Shown: piece by piece, positions 46,832 through 55,101 of the stretch
How the letters are laid out: the number at the start of each line of letters is the position of its first letter
How positions within the stretch are numbered: position 1 is the first letter of the stretch
From: Conexivisphaerales archaeon
GTDB taxonomy: Archaea > Thermoproteota > Nitrososphaeria > Conexivisphaerales > DTJL01
Reading direction: 5' to 3'
Length of the DNA stretch: 62,018 nt
Assembly: GCA_049509455.1 (NCBI GenBank)
Contig: JBEKZX010000005.1
Coordinates: forward strand, 1-62,018
Program-made: the position numbers and the translations under genes
Notes under the pieces: generated by a model
Told to the model about the DNA's origin: nothing
Database searches by the model: none
Seen by the model: the letters and a program-made list of their open reading frames with translations, nothing else

Positions 46832-47809
46832 TTGACCGTCACGATTGCCAGCCTACTGGGTTCCGATGCAACTTCCCGGCGCGCGGCCGCTTCAACACTG
46901 GGCAGTCCGAGCGAAGAGGAAGGACTCCTCCTTTACTACTGTGCCAACAGCGACAGAGGCTTCGTACTCCTAGACGAGAGCGCTTATCCCGGGAGGATTC
47001 AGGATGTCCTGAAGATCGCCTCCATTTCGGACGCCGCTGTCTACGTCCTGCCCAAGGACGGCAAGCTGAGCTGGATTGATGGCGAGCTCGCGCTTATGTT
47101 AGAATTCATGGAAGTGACTCGCGGCAAGGTGGTGGCCACGGGGGACATCGACTCCGCTCGTTCCGTAGCCGAGAGAGTCTTCAGGGGTCTCACTCTCTCC
47201 TCCTTCCCCGTATGCTCCTCGGGCGACGCCTCCCTCTTCTCCGATTTGGGCCAAGGTAGGTCCAGGAGCAAGGAAAACGGAGGTTTGACATATGTCTCCG
47301 TCGACCGGGCATTCAACGTCAAGGGCGTCGGCCTCATCGTCTTGGGCTTCGTCGTGTCAGACTCAGTGGCAGTCCACGATGTCATGAAGATCCTGCCGCA
47401 GGGAAAGGAGGCGGAGGTCCGAAGCATTCAGATTATGGACGTAGATGTCACCTCCGCGTCGGAAGGCTCCAGGGTCGGACTCTGCCTCAAGGGGGCGTCC
47501 GTGGAGGACTTCCAGAAGGGCGTCGGCGTGGGTAGCGAAGGCGTAAAGGTCTCCCGTCAGGCGACCGTCCACTTCAGAGCCTCTCCCTACTTCCGCCAGG
47601 GCATACACAAGCCCGTCGATCTCCACATTCAGACGATCTCCGGTCTGAACCTCGGCCATGTCTCCCCCCAGCCTGATGGACGCGTCGTGGTCACATACCA
47701 GAAGGAGGTGCCTATCTGGGACGGCCAACGCGCTGTATTCGTGGACCTGAACATCAGGCCCGGAGCCTCGAGGGTCATCGGCGGCGGCATCGTCTCCTCC
47801 TTCGCATAG
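46832..47809 (+). CDS. EF-Tu/SelB-like protein with degenerate G domain
   Basis: Domain II is clear: VDRAFNVKGVGLIVLGFVVSDSVAVHDVMKILPQGKEAEVRSIQIMDVDVTSASEGSRVGLCLKG. The N-domain is colinear with the EF-Tu G domain, but G1 is GSDATSRR, G3 is DESAYPGR and G4 is ATGD. Confidence 0.7.
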   Translation: MTVTIASLLGSDATSRRAAASTLGSPSEEEGLLLYYCANSDRGFVLLDESAYPGRIQDVLKIASISDAAVYVLPKDGKLSWIDGELALMLEFMEVTRGKVVATGDIDSARSVAERVFRGLTLSSFPVCSSGDASLFSDLGQGRSRSKENGGLTYVSVDRAFNVKGVGLIVLGFVVSDSVAVHDVMKILPQGKEAEVRSIQIMDVDVTSASEGSRVGLCLKGASVEDFQKGVGVGSEGVKVSRQATVHFRASPYFRQGIHKPVDLHIQTISGLNLGHVSPQPDGRVVVTYQKEVPIWDGQRAVFVDLNIRPGASRVIGGGIVSSFA

Positions 47810-48210
47810 ACGCTGCACCTGCCCAGGACGCTGCCTTGAGGTGACGCGCCCGTTGTCAAGCTCATGAGGGTGTCGCCCAGGCTAGACGAGCAAGTCACCC
47901 GATCTTGGTTTACGCGTTGGCGTGTGCGGGGGTCTGCCCGTCGAATCGGTTATCCGACTGCGCCAGGACGGTCAGCCCGCCCCCTTGGGCCTCGTCAATG
48001 CTTGCAGGACAAGGGCGGCCCCTGCCACCAAGAGCTCAAGCCCGAAGGCCTCATCGACGACGTGAACGAGGGCGTACGCCATCCCGGTCATGATAAAAAT
48101 GCCCCCCGCAACTTCTAGGAGAAGGCTTTAGTGAACTTCACGACTATCCGAGGAGTGACAGGATTTTCCCATGCTTAAGGCAAAGCGGTGGTGCAAGCGC
48201 TCCTCCATCG

Positions 48211-48936
48211 CTAGGGGGCCGTCAACCGTCGTCGGATTCCCAGGATGATGTCCGCGACCTCGTCCAAGTCGTGGGCTATCCGGAAGGGCCCGCCAGATTT
48301 CACCTTCTGTTCGGTCCCGTAGCTGCCCTTTTGCACTATCGAGATGACTTGCACCCCCGCGCTCTTCCCGGCCACGATGTCCTCGACCATGTCTCCTGTG
48401 AAAACAGCTCCTCCCGCGTCCACTCCCAACCTCTCGAGGGCGGCGAGCACCGGCTTCGGAGAAGGCTTGAGCTCGTCGGCGTCCTCCGCACCCACCGTCG
48501 CGTCGATCAGCTTGGCCAGCCCGAACCTCTCTATCTGTTCCAGCAGCGGCCCACGCTTCGTCTGGGTCACTATTCCTGTCTTGATGCCTTTGGACTTCAG
48601 TCTGGTCAGCATAGGGACGGTGCCTGGGAAAGGCCTTATCTCCAGGGACAGGGGACCGTAAATCTTCCAGAATCTAGAGTCCACCTCCTTCAGGGCCTCC
48701 GCGCTCCTCAGACCATAAAGCCCGTAGAAGGACTGCCACGGAAGTATGAACTTCTCTCTGAAGGTCTCAACGTCCTGGTGGGGAACTCCGAAGGACATGA
48801 GAGTCTGGTCGTTGGTCCTCCAGACGGCGTCGAGGTCGTCGACCAATGTTCCGCTCCAGTCAAACAGCGCGGCGTCGACGGCACCAGCCAAATGTACGGC
48901 CCCTCCTCGGATATGCACGACGTTCGAGCCGGGCAT
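48211..48936 (-). CDS. HAD-superfamily hydrolase (subfamily IA, phosphoglycolate-phosphatase-like)
   Basis: Motif I is ALFDWSGTLVD, motif II GIVTQT, motif III K in ELKPSPKP, and motif IV FTGDMVEDI. Confidence 0.8.
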   Translation of the reverse strand: MPGSNVVHIRGGAVHLAGAVDAALFDWSGTLVDDLDAVWRTNDQTLMSFGVPHQDVETFREKFILPWQSFYGLYGLRSAEALKEVDSRFWKIYGPLSLEIRPFPGTVPMLTRLKSKGIKTGIVTQTKRGPLLEQIERFGLAKLIDATVGAEDADELKPSPKPVLAALERLGVDAGGAVFTGDMVEDIVAGKSAGVQVISIVQKGSYGTEQKVKSGGPFRIAHDLDEVADIILGIRRRLTAP

Positions 48937-49010
48937 TCAAAAGCTTTTGGCGACCTGGACATCGCTACGTCCGTTTTCTTGTATTCCAACGCCGTGCAAT
49001 TTACGGTGGC

Positions 49011-49415
49011 ATGAAAGTGGCCGATCTAGTCAGGGCGGCGGCCGTCACCATTGAACCGGAGGCGAGCATCGAGGACGCGACCAAGCTCATGAGCGCCTAC
49101 AGGACAGGCCTCCTGGTGGTCTTGGACCCGCTGGACAGGGCCAGGATAGTGGGAGTCCTCTCCGAGCACGACATGGTGACGGCCGTGGCCAAGGGAGAGA
49201 ACATCTACTCGCCCGTGGCGAACCTCATGACCAGGCAGTGACTTCGATTCCGAAGACCGCCCACCTAGACGAGGCGGCCATGGCCATGTCGAAGTTCAGC
49301 ATCAGGCATCTCGTTGTCTTGGACGAGTCAGGGGAAGCTCTTCGGCGTCGTATCGATTCGTGACATCATCTCCGAAGAGAAAACCATTAAGACACTCAGC
49401 ACATCCGTCTTATAA
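49011..49415 (+). pseudogene. CBS-domain pair protein with two compensating frameshifts
   Basis: The first CBS domain is intact up to ..NLMTRQ-TGA (49239-49241). The second CBS continues as VTSIPKTAHLDEAAMAMSKFSIRHLVVLDESG in the -1 frame from 49238. It returns to the original frame at the GGGG run (49331-49334) as GKLFGVVSIRDIISEEK..., stopping at 49413-49415. Confidence 0.7.
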
Positions 49416-49622
49416 TTGACTCCAAGGGACGACGAAGCGGCATATCACCTGATTTTGACCCCTGAGTTTACCGTTACCATTTCTTCAGGCCGACCGTCCC
49501 CACCGGCGGCATGGGCGTCCACTGCGTAGGCTGCCTCCGGCCCAACTACCCTGCGATGAAGGGCACCTGAGGGAGATGTTGCAACTTAAATACCGCCCTT
49601 CCATTACCCCCGTCTTAGCGCG

Positions 49623-50174
49623 ATGTCCTCCTTCATTCCAAAGAGGGTGTTCTTGACGAACGGCGTCGGCCGCCACAAAGAGAAGCTCAACAGCTTCGAG
49701 CTGGCGCTCAGGGACGCTGGCATTGCCCACTGCAATCTTGTGCCAGTCTCCAGCATCTTCCCGCCGCGGGCCCAAGTCATCAGCAAGGGGCAAGGGATGA
49801 AGCTTATCAGCCCTGGGCAAGTGGTCTTCGTCGTCTTGTCCAGGAACGAGACCGACGAGCCCAATCGACTCATATCGGCCGCCGTCGGCCTGGCCCTTCC
49901 CAGAGACAAGAACATGTACGGCTATCTGTCCGAGGTGCACGCCTTCGGCAAGACCGACTCCAAGACGGCTGACTACTCTGAAGACCTTGCGATCTACATG
50001 CTCGCTTCGACCATGGGGCTGCACTTCGACCCGGACAAGAGCTGGGACGAGCTTAAGCAGGAATGGAAGATTTCCGGCAAGATCTACCGGACAACCAGCG
50101 TTGTCCAGTCGGCCGAAGGAGACAAGAACGGCCTCTGGACCTCAGTCGTCGCCGCCTGCGTGCTGCTTCCCTAG
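49623..50174 (+). CDS. pdaD: pyruvoyl-dependent arginine decarboxylase
   Basis: PKRVFLTNGVG and NLVPVSSIFPP (the Ser-Ser self-cleavage site) are present. Length fits PdaD. Confidence 0.9.
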   Translation: MSSFIPKRVFLTNGVGRHKEKLNSFELALRDAGIAHCNLVPVSSIFPPRAQVISKGQGMKLISPGQVVFVVLSRNETDEPNRLISAAVGLALPRDKNMYGYLSEVHAFGKTDSKTADYSEDLAIYMLASTMGLHFDPDKSWDELKQEWKISGKIYRTTSVVQSAEGDKNGLWTSVVAACVLLP

Positions 50175-50177
50175 CTC

Positions 50178-50399
50178 CTAGGGCTTCCTCGTCTCTGCGA
50201 CCACGGAGACGGTCATCATTAGCAGTACTCCGGCCAGCATCCCCGCAATCAATTCGCTGGGGCGCACCAGGTAGCCGACCGCCAGGGCCACCGCCATCAA
50301 TACCCCGATGACTATCGATAGCTCGGGGGCCAGCTTCGGATATATCTCGGGCTTCAGCCGGAAGAGCCTCCTGTTCATGAACCACCTCTCCACCATCAT
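50178..50399 (-). CDS. small two-TM membrane protein
   Basis: MMVERWFMNRRLFRLKPEIYPKLAPELSIVIGVLMAVALAVGYLV...LAGVLLMMTVSVV. Its ATG overlaps the stop of the upstream small wHTH ORF (ATGA). Confidence 0.45.
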   Translation of the reverse strand: MMVERWFMNRRLFRLKPEIYPKLAPELSIVIGVLMAVALAVGYLVRPSELIAGMLAGVLLMMTVSVVAETRKP

Positions 50400-50569
50400 C
50401 TCTCTTTCATTGTCTCTAGGTGGTCCTGGACGGTCGCCTTGCTCTCGCCGATGTCGGCCGCCAGCGACGAGATGCTGCTCCAAGTGTTCTGGTTGCGAAG
50501 GTAGTGGAGCACAACCTTCCGGCGGATGGGGTTCTTCAGCAGGAGAGCGAACTCTTCGTTCCTTTCCAA
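50396..50569 (-). CDS. small winged-helix (ArsR/PadR-like) DNA-binding protein, not in ORF track
   Basis: (TTG)MERNEEFALLLKNPIRRKVVLHYLRNQNTWSSISSLAADIGESKATVQDHLETMKER. The frame stays open further upstream without a canonical start, so the N-terminus is uncertain. Confidence 0.4.
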   Translation of the reverse strand: MERNEEFALLLKNPIRRKVVLHYLRNQNTWSSISSLAADIGESKATVQDHLETMKER

Positions 50570-50834
50570 CCTCTTCAGCGACCAGAAGCTAGTCAGACGG
50601 ACAGGGAGGACCCTGTTCAGAAACCTCTGGGCCAGCTCCCTGCTTACAGACCTTCCACCCCGACGGACTCCCGCTTATGGTATCTCTACTGCCGCCCTTA
50701 TTACCAGCGCCGCCACGAAAGTCCAAAAGAGCTCCGCGGACGTCAGCGTCACCACCGCGAGGCCGAATATCACTAGCAGCAGCCAGAAGATGAACGCCAG
50801 CTCACCCACCCTTCCGAGTAGCCCCTTGAATATC

Positions 50835-51338
50835 CTACTCGGGCTCGGCGAACTCCAGCGCGGAGAGGCCATGCTTCCCGTCGGCGCAGCCGTCAAAGCC
50901 CTTGGCCAGGTCGTAGCTGTGACGGCCGAAGTCGAAGTCGGCGACGTAGCCGTGCCACTTCTTCCTGATTCGCCCAGACGCATACGAACCCAATGGTATT
51001 GTGGAGGCGATCAGGAGCGCTCCCACCCAGAACAGCTGGGTCTTGGTGGAGGAGGAGACCGCGGGGAACCCCAGCAGCGCCACGAGCGCAAGGGCAAAGC
51101 CAGAGATGCCCAATATGACTGTAGCCACAAGAGAGATTGGCATGGCGCCGAGAGTCCTGCCATAGTAGACGCCATAGCCAGCTATGGTCAGGACGATCAT
51201 GCACGCGAAGGTGGCATCGAGGTATACGACCCCAGTAATCCCGACGTTGAAGGCCATCGCAAGGCGCACTAGCACTTCGACAACAAGGAGGGCCAGCGTC
51301 GCCTTCGCGATACCGTCTATCACGATTTTCCAGTCCAT
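50835..51338 (-). CDS. multi-pass membrane protein, hypothetical
   Basis: From the internal ATG: MDWKIVIDGIAKATLALLVVEVLV..., with 5 predicted TM segments. The longer ORF to 51641 overlaps the divergent mutase gene. Confidence 0.5.
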   Translation of the reverse strand: MDWKIVIDGIAKATLALLVVEVLVRLAMAFNVGITGVVYLDATFACMIVLTIAGYGVYYGRTLGAMPISLVATVILGISGFALALVALLGFPAVSSSTKTQLFWVGALLIASTIPLGSYASGRIRKKWHGYVADFDFGRHSYDLAKGFDGCADGKHGLSALEFAEPE

Positions 51339-51486
51339 TTTTCCGCTTCCCGAATGACGCTGCGACTCCCGCGGTATATAATCGGGGATAAACGCAGGCC
51401 AGCGAGCGGCGACGTCGGGAATCGTCGGGCGTTCGATATTCCGGTGAGACACCATTATTAACTTGGCTTCACGATAAGCCGTTCCG

Positions 51487-52872
51487 ATGGCCTTGTCTAC
51501 AGGACCAGGGGCTTTGAGGCTCTTCGGGACGTCCGGCATCAGGGGCTTGATCAATCGGAACCTAACGCCCGACTTCGCGGCCAAGATGGGTCTCTGCTTC
51601 GCCCATTTTCTCGGAAGGGAGGGTGAGGTGGCCGTCGGCATGGACGTCCGCCTTCACGCCGGCATCATTCACCGGGCGGTGCTGTCCGGGTTGAACTCAG
51701 GGGGGATCGACGCCCGCGACTGCGGAGTCGTCCCCACGCCAGCGGCACTCCATTTTCTCAGGAGAGAGAAGCTAGACGGGGCCGTCCTGGTCACCGGTAG
51801 CCATACAATCCCTCCCGTGATCGGCCTTCTCTTCTTCCAGCGAGACGGGGGTGAAATCAGCCTTACACAGGAGAAGAAGCTGGAGTCAATCTACTTCGGG
51901 GGGCATGCCCTTCCCAACCCGTGGAACCGGATGGGACGTACGCGCTCCGGCGACGCCCTAAAGGCCTACCGGGAAGCGGTTCTCAGGGAGACCGACGCCG
52001 GCCGCACGGGAGGCCGTCGCGTGGTAGTTGATCCAGGCAACGGAGCGGCCTCGGGAGTACTGGGCTCGCTCTTCGAGGAGATGGGCTTCAAGGTAGTGGC
52101 TATCAACGACTCGGCCGACGGCACCTTCCCTTCCAGGTCGCCGTATCCCCGGCGAGAGGTAATGAAAGCGCTGAGGCGTGCGGTCGTGGAGACCTCTGCC
52201 GACATAGGAGTCGCCACCGACGGCGACGGGGACAGGGCCATGTTCGTCGACGAAAGGGGGGGCGTGGCTTGGGGAGATGTGGCCGGCTCTCTCTTCGCCC
52301 TGGACTGCCTCGAGCGGACGCACGGCGGAATCATCGTGGCGCCGGTGAACTCGTCCCAGCTGGTCAGAGACGTCTGCCACGGCCGCGGGAGGCTGGTGAC
52401 GACCCGCGTCGGGCCGCCCTCCATCATCGACGCTCTCAGGAACCGCGACGGCGCCGTGTTCGGGTTCGAGGAGACGGGGAAGTACATCTGGCCTGAGACG
52501 CTCCTCTACAGCGACGCAGCCCTTTCCACTGTAAGGATGATGGAGCTGATGGAACGGCGGGGCAGGAGCTTGAGCGAACTGATGGCGACCCTCCCCAGAT
52601 ACCACATGGTGAAGAGGGCCTTCCGGTGTGCAGAATCAAGCAAGGGGGCCATCCTGGAGGGCGTGTTGAAGATCTCACGGCTAGAGAAAGCCAAGGTGGT
52701 CACAATAGACGGCGTTAAGATGGTCTACCCAGACCGTTCCTGGGTGCTCCTTCGCCCCAGCGGGACCGAGCCGTTCTTCCGCTGTTACGCGGAGGCCAAG
52801 ACCGCCAAGAAGGCGAAGGAGCTCGCCCGAAGAGGCGTTGACATCTTCCGGGAGGCTTCGTCTGCCAGATGA
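51487..52872 (+). CDS. alpha-D-phosphohexomutase (phosphoglucosamine/phosphomanno/phosphoglucomutase family)
   Basis: FGTSGIRG is followed by the phosphoserine loop VTGSHTIPP, which is an atypical form of SHNP. The metal loop is ATDGDGDRAMFVD, the sugar loop is GFEETGKY and the phosphate loop is LRPSGTEP. Confidence 0.85.
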   Translation: MALSTGPGALRLFGTSGIRGLINRNLTPDFAAKMGLCFAHFLGREGEVAVGMDVRLHAGIIHRAVLSGLNSGGIDARDCGVVPTPAALHFLRREKLDGAVLVTGSHTIPPVIGLLFFQRDGGEISLTQEKKLESIYFGGHALPNPWNRMGRTRSGDALKAYREAVLRETDAGRTGGRRVVVDPGNGAASGVLGSLFEEMGFKVVAINDSADGTFPSRSPYPRREVMKALRRAVVETSADIGVATDGDGDRAMFVDERGGVAWGDVAGSLFALDCLERTHGGIIVAPVNSSQLVRDVCHGRGRLVTTRVGPPSIIDALRNRDGAVFGFEETGKYIWPETLLYSDAALSTVRMMELMERRGRSLSELMATLPRYHMVKRAFRCAESSKGAILEGVLKISRLEKAKVVTIDGVKMVYPDRSWVLLRPSGTEPFFRCYAEAKTAKKAKELARRGVDIFREASSAR

Positions 52873-52934
52873 ACGACGGCACGTTAAAGAAACTCCCTTC
52901 TGCAGACTGAGACGGTAAGCGGGAATTGTCCTCC

Positions 52935-54098
52935 ATGACCTACGACGTCGTCGTGGCTGGCGCCAGCGTAGCAGGGAGCTTGGCAGCCCGGCGGTTGGCC
53001 GAGGCTAGACATCGGGTCATCGTCTTCGAAGACGACCTCGAGGTGGGGACTCCTGAGAGGTGCGGCGGTTTAGTCTCTCTGCACAGCCTCCAACAGCTGG
53101 GCCTTCCGCCTTCGAACAGGATCATAGCCGACTCAATCCGGTCGGCTGCGTTCAAGTCGCCTGGGGGGGAGGTCCTGGAAGTGGACGCCCGCAAGGCAGG
53201 CGTCGTGGTCCTCAGAAGGCGGGAGCTGGACAAGGCGATATTCAAGGAGGCGGCCGCGGCCGGCGCCCGCTTCGAGCTCGGCGACAGGGTCGTAGGATTC
53301 GAGGAGAGGAGCGACTCCATAGAGGTTGTGACCGCGTCGGGCAAGTATCTAGCCAAGTATTTCATCGACGCTAGGGGGGTTTCGGTCTACACGGGATTCA
53401 ATCCAAGGGGCCTTCTGCAGGCGGTGCAATACGAATGTGTCCTCCCCGATGTCCGGAGAGGTGTCGTCGAGGTCCTCTTGGACAAGGCGGTGAGCAGGGA
53501 GTACTTCGCTTGGCTCATCCCGCTCGACGAATCCACCGCCAGGGTAGGCGTCGCCGGCCACGGGCCTTCCCTTCAGCCATGGCTGGAAGGCTACATCTCT
53601 AAGCGCGGCGGCCAGGCCCTGAAGAAGACCTATGCCTCCATCATAGTGGGGGGACCCCTTCCTAGCTTCGTCTTGGGCAGGAGGATCCTGGCCGGGGACG
53701 CAGCCGGACAGACCAAGCCTACCACTGCAGGAGGGATTTTCACGGGAGGCGTGGGGGGGTTGATGGCCGGCGCCGCCGTTGCAAGGGCCCTTTCCGCCGG
53801 CGACCCCAGACTGCTGCAAGTCTATGAGCAGGAATGGAGGGGCCAGTTCAAGAGGGACTTCGACATACAGCTTTCCCTCCGCAGGCTGTTCGTGGACCTG
53901 AACAACGAGGAGCTCGATGCCCTGTTCAAGATTATGATTCGTAAAGACGTCGCCGAGGCACTGAAGGACGGCAGCTTCGACTACCACGCCTTGGACTTGG
54001 CAAGGATGCTAGGCGTGAAGGGGATGATGGATTCTCTCCTGCTGTTGGGCGGAAGCTACAGGCGACTCCGCTCATTGGTCGACCTAGCTCAGAGATAG
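52935..54098 (+). CDS. geranylgeranyl reductase-family flavoprotein (archaeal lipid/quinone side-chain reductase)
   Basis: The FAD fold is YDVVVAGASVAGSLAARRLAE. CGG is present, as is GDAAGQTKPTTAGGI. Start taken at ATG 52935. Confidence 0.85.
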   Translation: MTYDVVVAGASVAGSLAARRLAEARHRVIVFEDDLEVGTPERCGGLVSLHSLQQLGLPPSNRIIADSIRSAAFKSPGGEVLEVDARKAGVVVLRRRELDKAIFKEAAAAGARFELGDRVVGFEERSDSIEVVTASGKYLAKYFIDARGVSVYTGFNPRGLLQAVQYECVLPDVRRGVVEVLLDKAVSREYFAWLIPLDESTARVGVAGHGPSLQPWLEGYISKRGGQALKKTYASIIVGGPLPSFVLGRRILAGDAAGQTKPTTAGGIFTGGVGGLMAGAAVARALSAGDPRLLQVYEQEWRGQFKRDFDIQLSLRRLFVDLNNEELDALFKIMIRKDVAEALKDGSFDYHALDLARMLGVKGMMDSLLLLGGSYRRLRSLVDLAQR

Positions 54099-54129
54099 AA
54101 GAAAAAAGGATTAGGACCAAGTCGACTGT

Positions 54130-54279
54130 CTATTTCTTGCCGAGTATCTTGAACACTTTTGTGCCGCACTTGGTGCAGGTGCCCGATAGAGCCTTCCGTC
54201 CGTTCTTCAGCTTGACTTCCTTCGGATTCTTTATTTCACGTTTGGCCCTGCACTTAACGCAGTACGCCGTTTCAGCCAA
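54130..54279 (-). CDS. DUF5679-like small zinc-ribbon protein (below ORF-track size cut-off)
   Basis: (TTG)MAETAYCVKCRAKREIKNPKEVKLKNGRKALSGTCTKCGTKVFKILGKK. The CxxC...CxxC ribbon matches the conserved small protein family. Confidence 0.65.
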   Translation of the reverse strand: MAETAYCVKCRAKREIKNPKEVKLKNGRKALSGTCTKCGTKVFKILGKK

Positions 54280-54496
54280 CTTCTCAATTCACCGTTGTGC
54301 GTAGTATACGAAACGTGCATATTTAACTGTATGCGTTTCATGTGCCTAAATTGGCCTTTTTAGCCTACCGCAGGAGCCCTTAGACGGTATTCTTGATGGT
54401 TTGGGCAGGTCATGCCAACTTCTTCCTGCCTGAACTGGCGCATGGACGGAGGTTCAGTATGGGGAAGCGGCCCTCCTTCGCCTCCGCTTCGCCGAG

Positions 54497-54510
54497 CAAT
54501 TGTTATATAG
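54497..54510 (+). promoter_or_regulatory. putative archaeal TATA box for the Zn-ribbon / aEF-1beta operon
   Basis: TTATATA at 54503-54509 lies about 20-30 nt upstream of the candidate GTG (54529) and TTG (54538) starts. GGGGGGTGAG lies between them. Confidence 0.35.
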
Positions 54511-54528
54511 ACCACTTCTCAAGGGGGG

Positions 54529-54717
54529 GTGAGAAAGTTGTCGCCGCTGATCAAGCCCCCGATTTGTTCATCTTGCAACAAGCCCATCGACCCCAGGGAG
54601 AAGGCCGTCAAGTTCTACTGCCCCGAGTGCGGCAAGGTGTTGATCAGGCGCTGCGAACGCTGTAGGCTCCTCGCCCGGCCCTACAAGTGCGAGAACTGCG
54701 GCTTCGAAGGCCCTTAG
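54529..54717 (+). CDS. Zn-ribbon RNA-binding protein associated with translation (COG2888/DUF1610-like)
   Basis: Three CxxC pairs (CSSC, CPEC, CERC) and a CENC pair are present. It sits immediately upstream of aEF-1beta, as is conserved in archaea. Confidence 0.75.
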   Translation: MRKLSPLIKPPICSSCNKPIDPREKAVKFYCPECGKVLIRRCERCRLLARPYKCENCGFEGP

Positions 54718-54731
54718 AAGGGTGACCCTCC

Positions 54732-55013
54732 ATGGCTGACCTAGTTGCGCGCATCAAGGTCCTTCCGGAGGACATAGAGTCCAAGCCAGAGCAGACCCTT
54801 GAGGACATCAAGGCCTCCACGAAGGCCGTTGCTTCGGTCATCAGATACAGGGTGGAGCCCATAGCCTTTGGCCTCAACGCCCTCATCATAGACTTCGGCA
54901 TTGAAGATAAGGAGGGCGGGACAGATCCGCTGGAGATGGCACTCCTTGCGACCAAGGGCATCAGCCAGGTGGACGTGATGGGTGTCAGCAAGTCGTCTAC
55001 CCACATGCGTTAG
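54732..55013 (+). CDS. ef1b: translation elongation factor aEF-1 beta
   Basis: MADLVARIKVLPED....EPIAFGLNALIIDFGIEDKEGGTD..E......GISQVDV, about 90 aa. Confidence 0.9.
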   Translation: MADLVARIKVLPEDIESKPEQTLEDIKASTKAVASVIRYRVEPIAFGLNALIIDFGIEDKEGGTDPLEMALLATKGISQVDVMGVSKSSTHMR

Positions 55014-55101
55014 AGAGAGGCGAGCCCTACGATTCCTCATTTAGGCTTATCAGCGTGTGGCATAGCTTAATTCTATCTGCTAGCGAGGGGTTGATGTCGG
55101 C

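Noticed and set aside
47810-48210. A 400-bp gap between convergent genes, with a 39-codon hydrophobic minus-strand ORF followed in frame by TGA and more open frame.
   Set aside because: It is too short and has no SECIS-like or family evidence. It may be a decayed small membrane gene, but this is not supportable.
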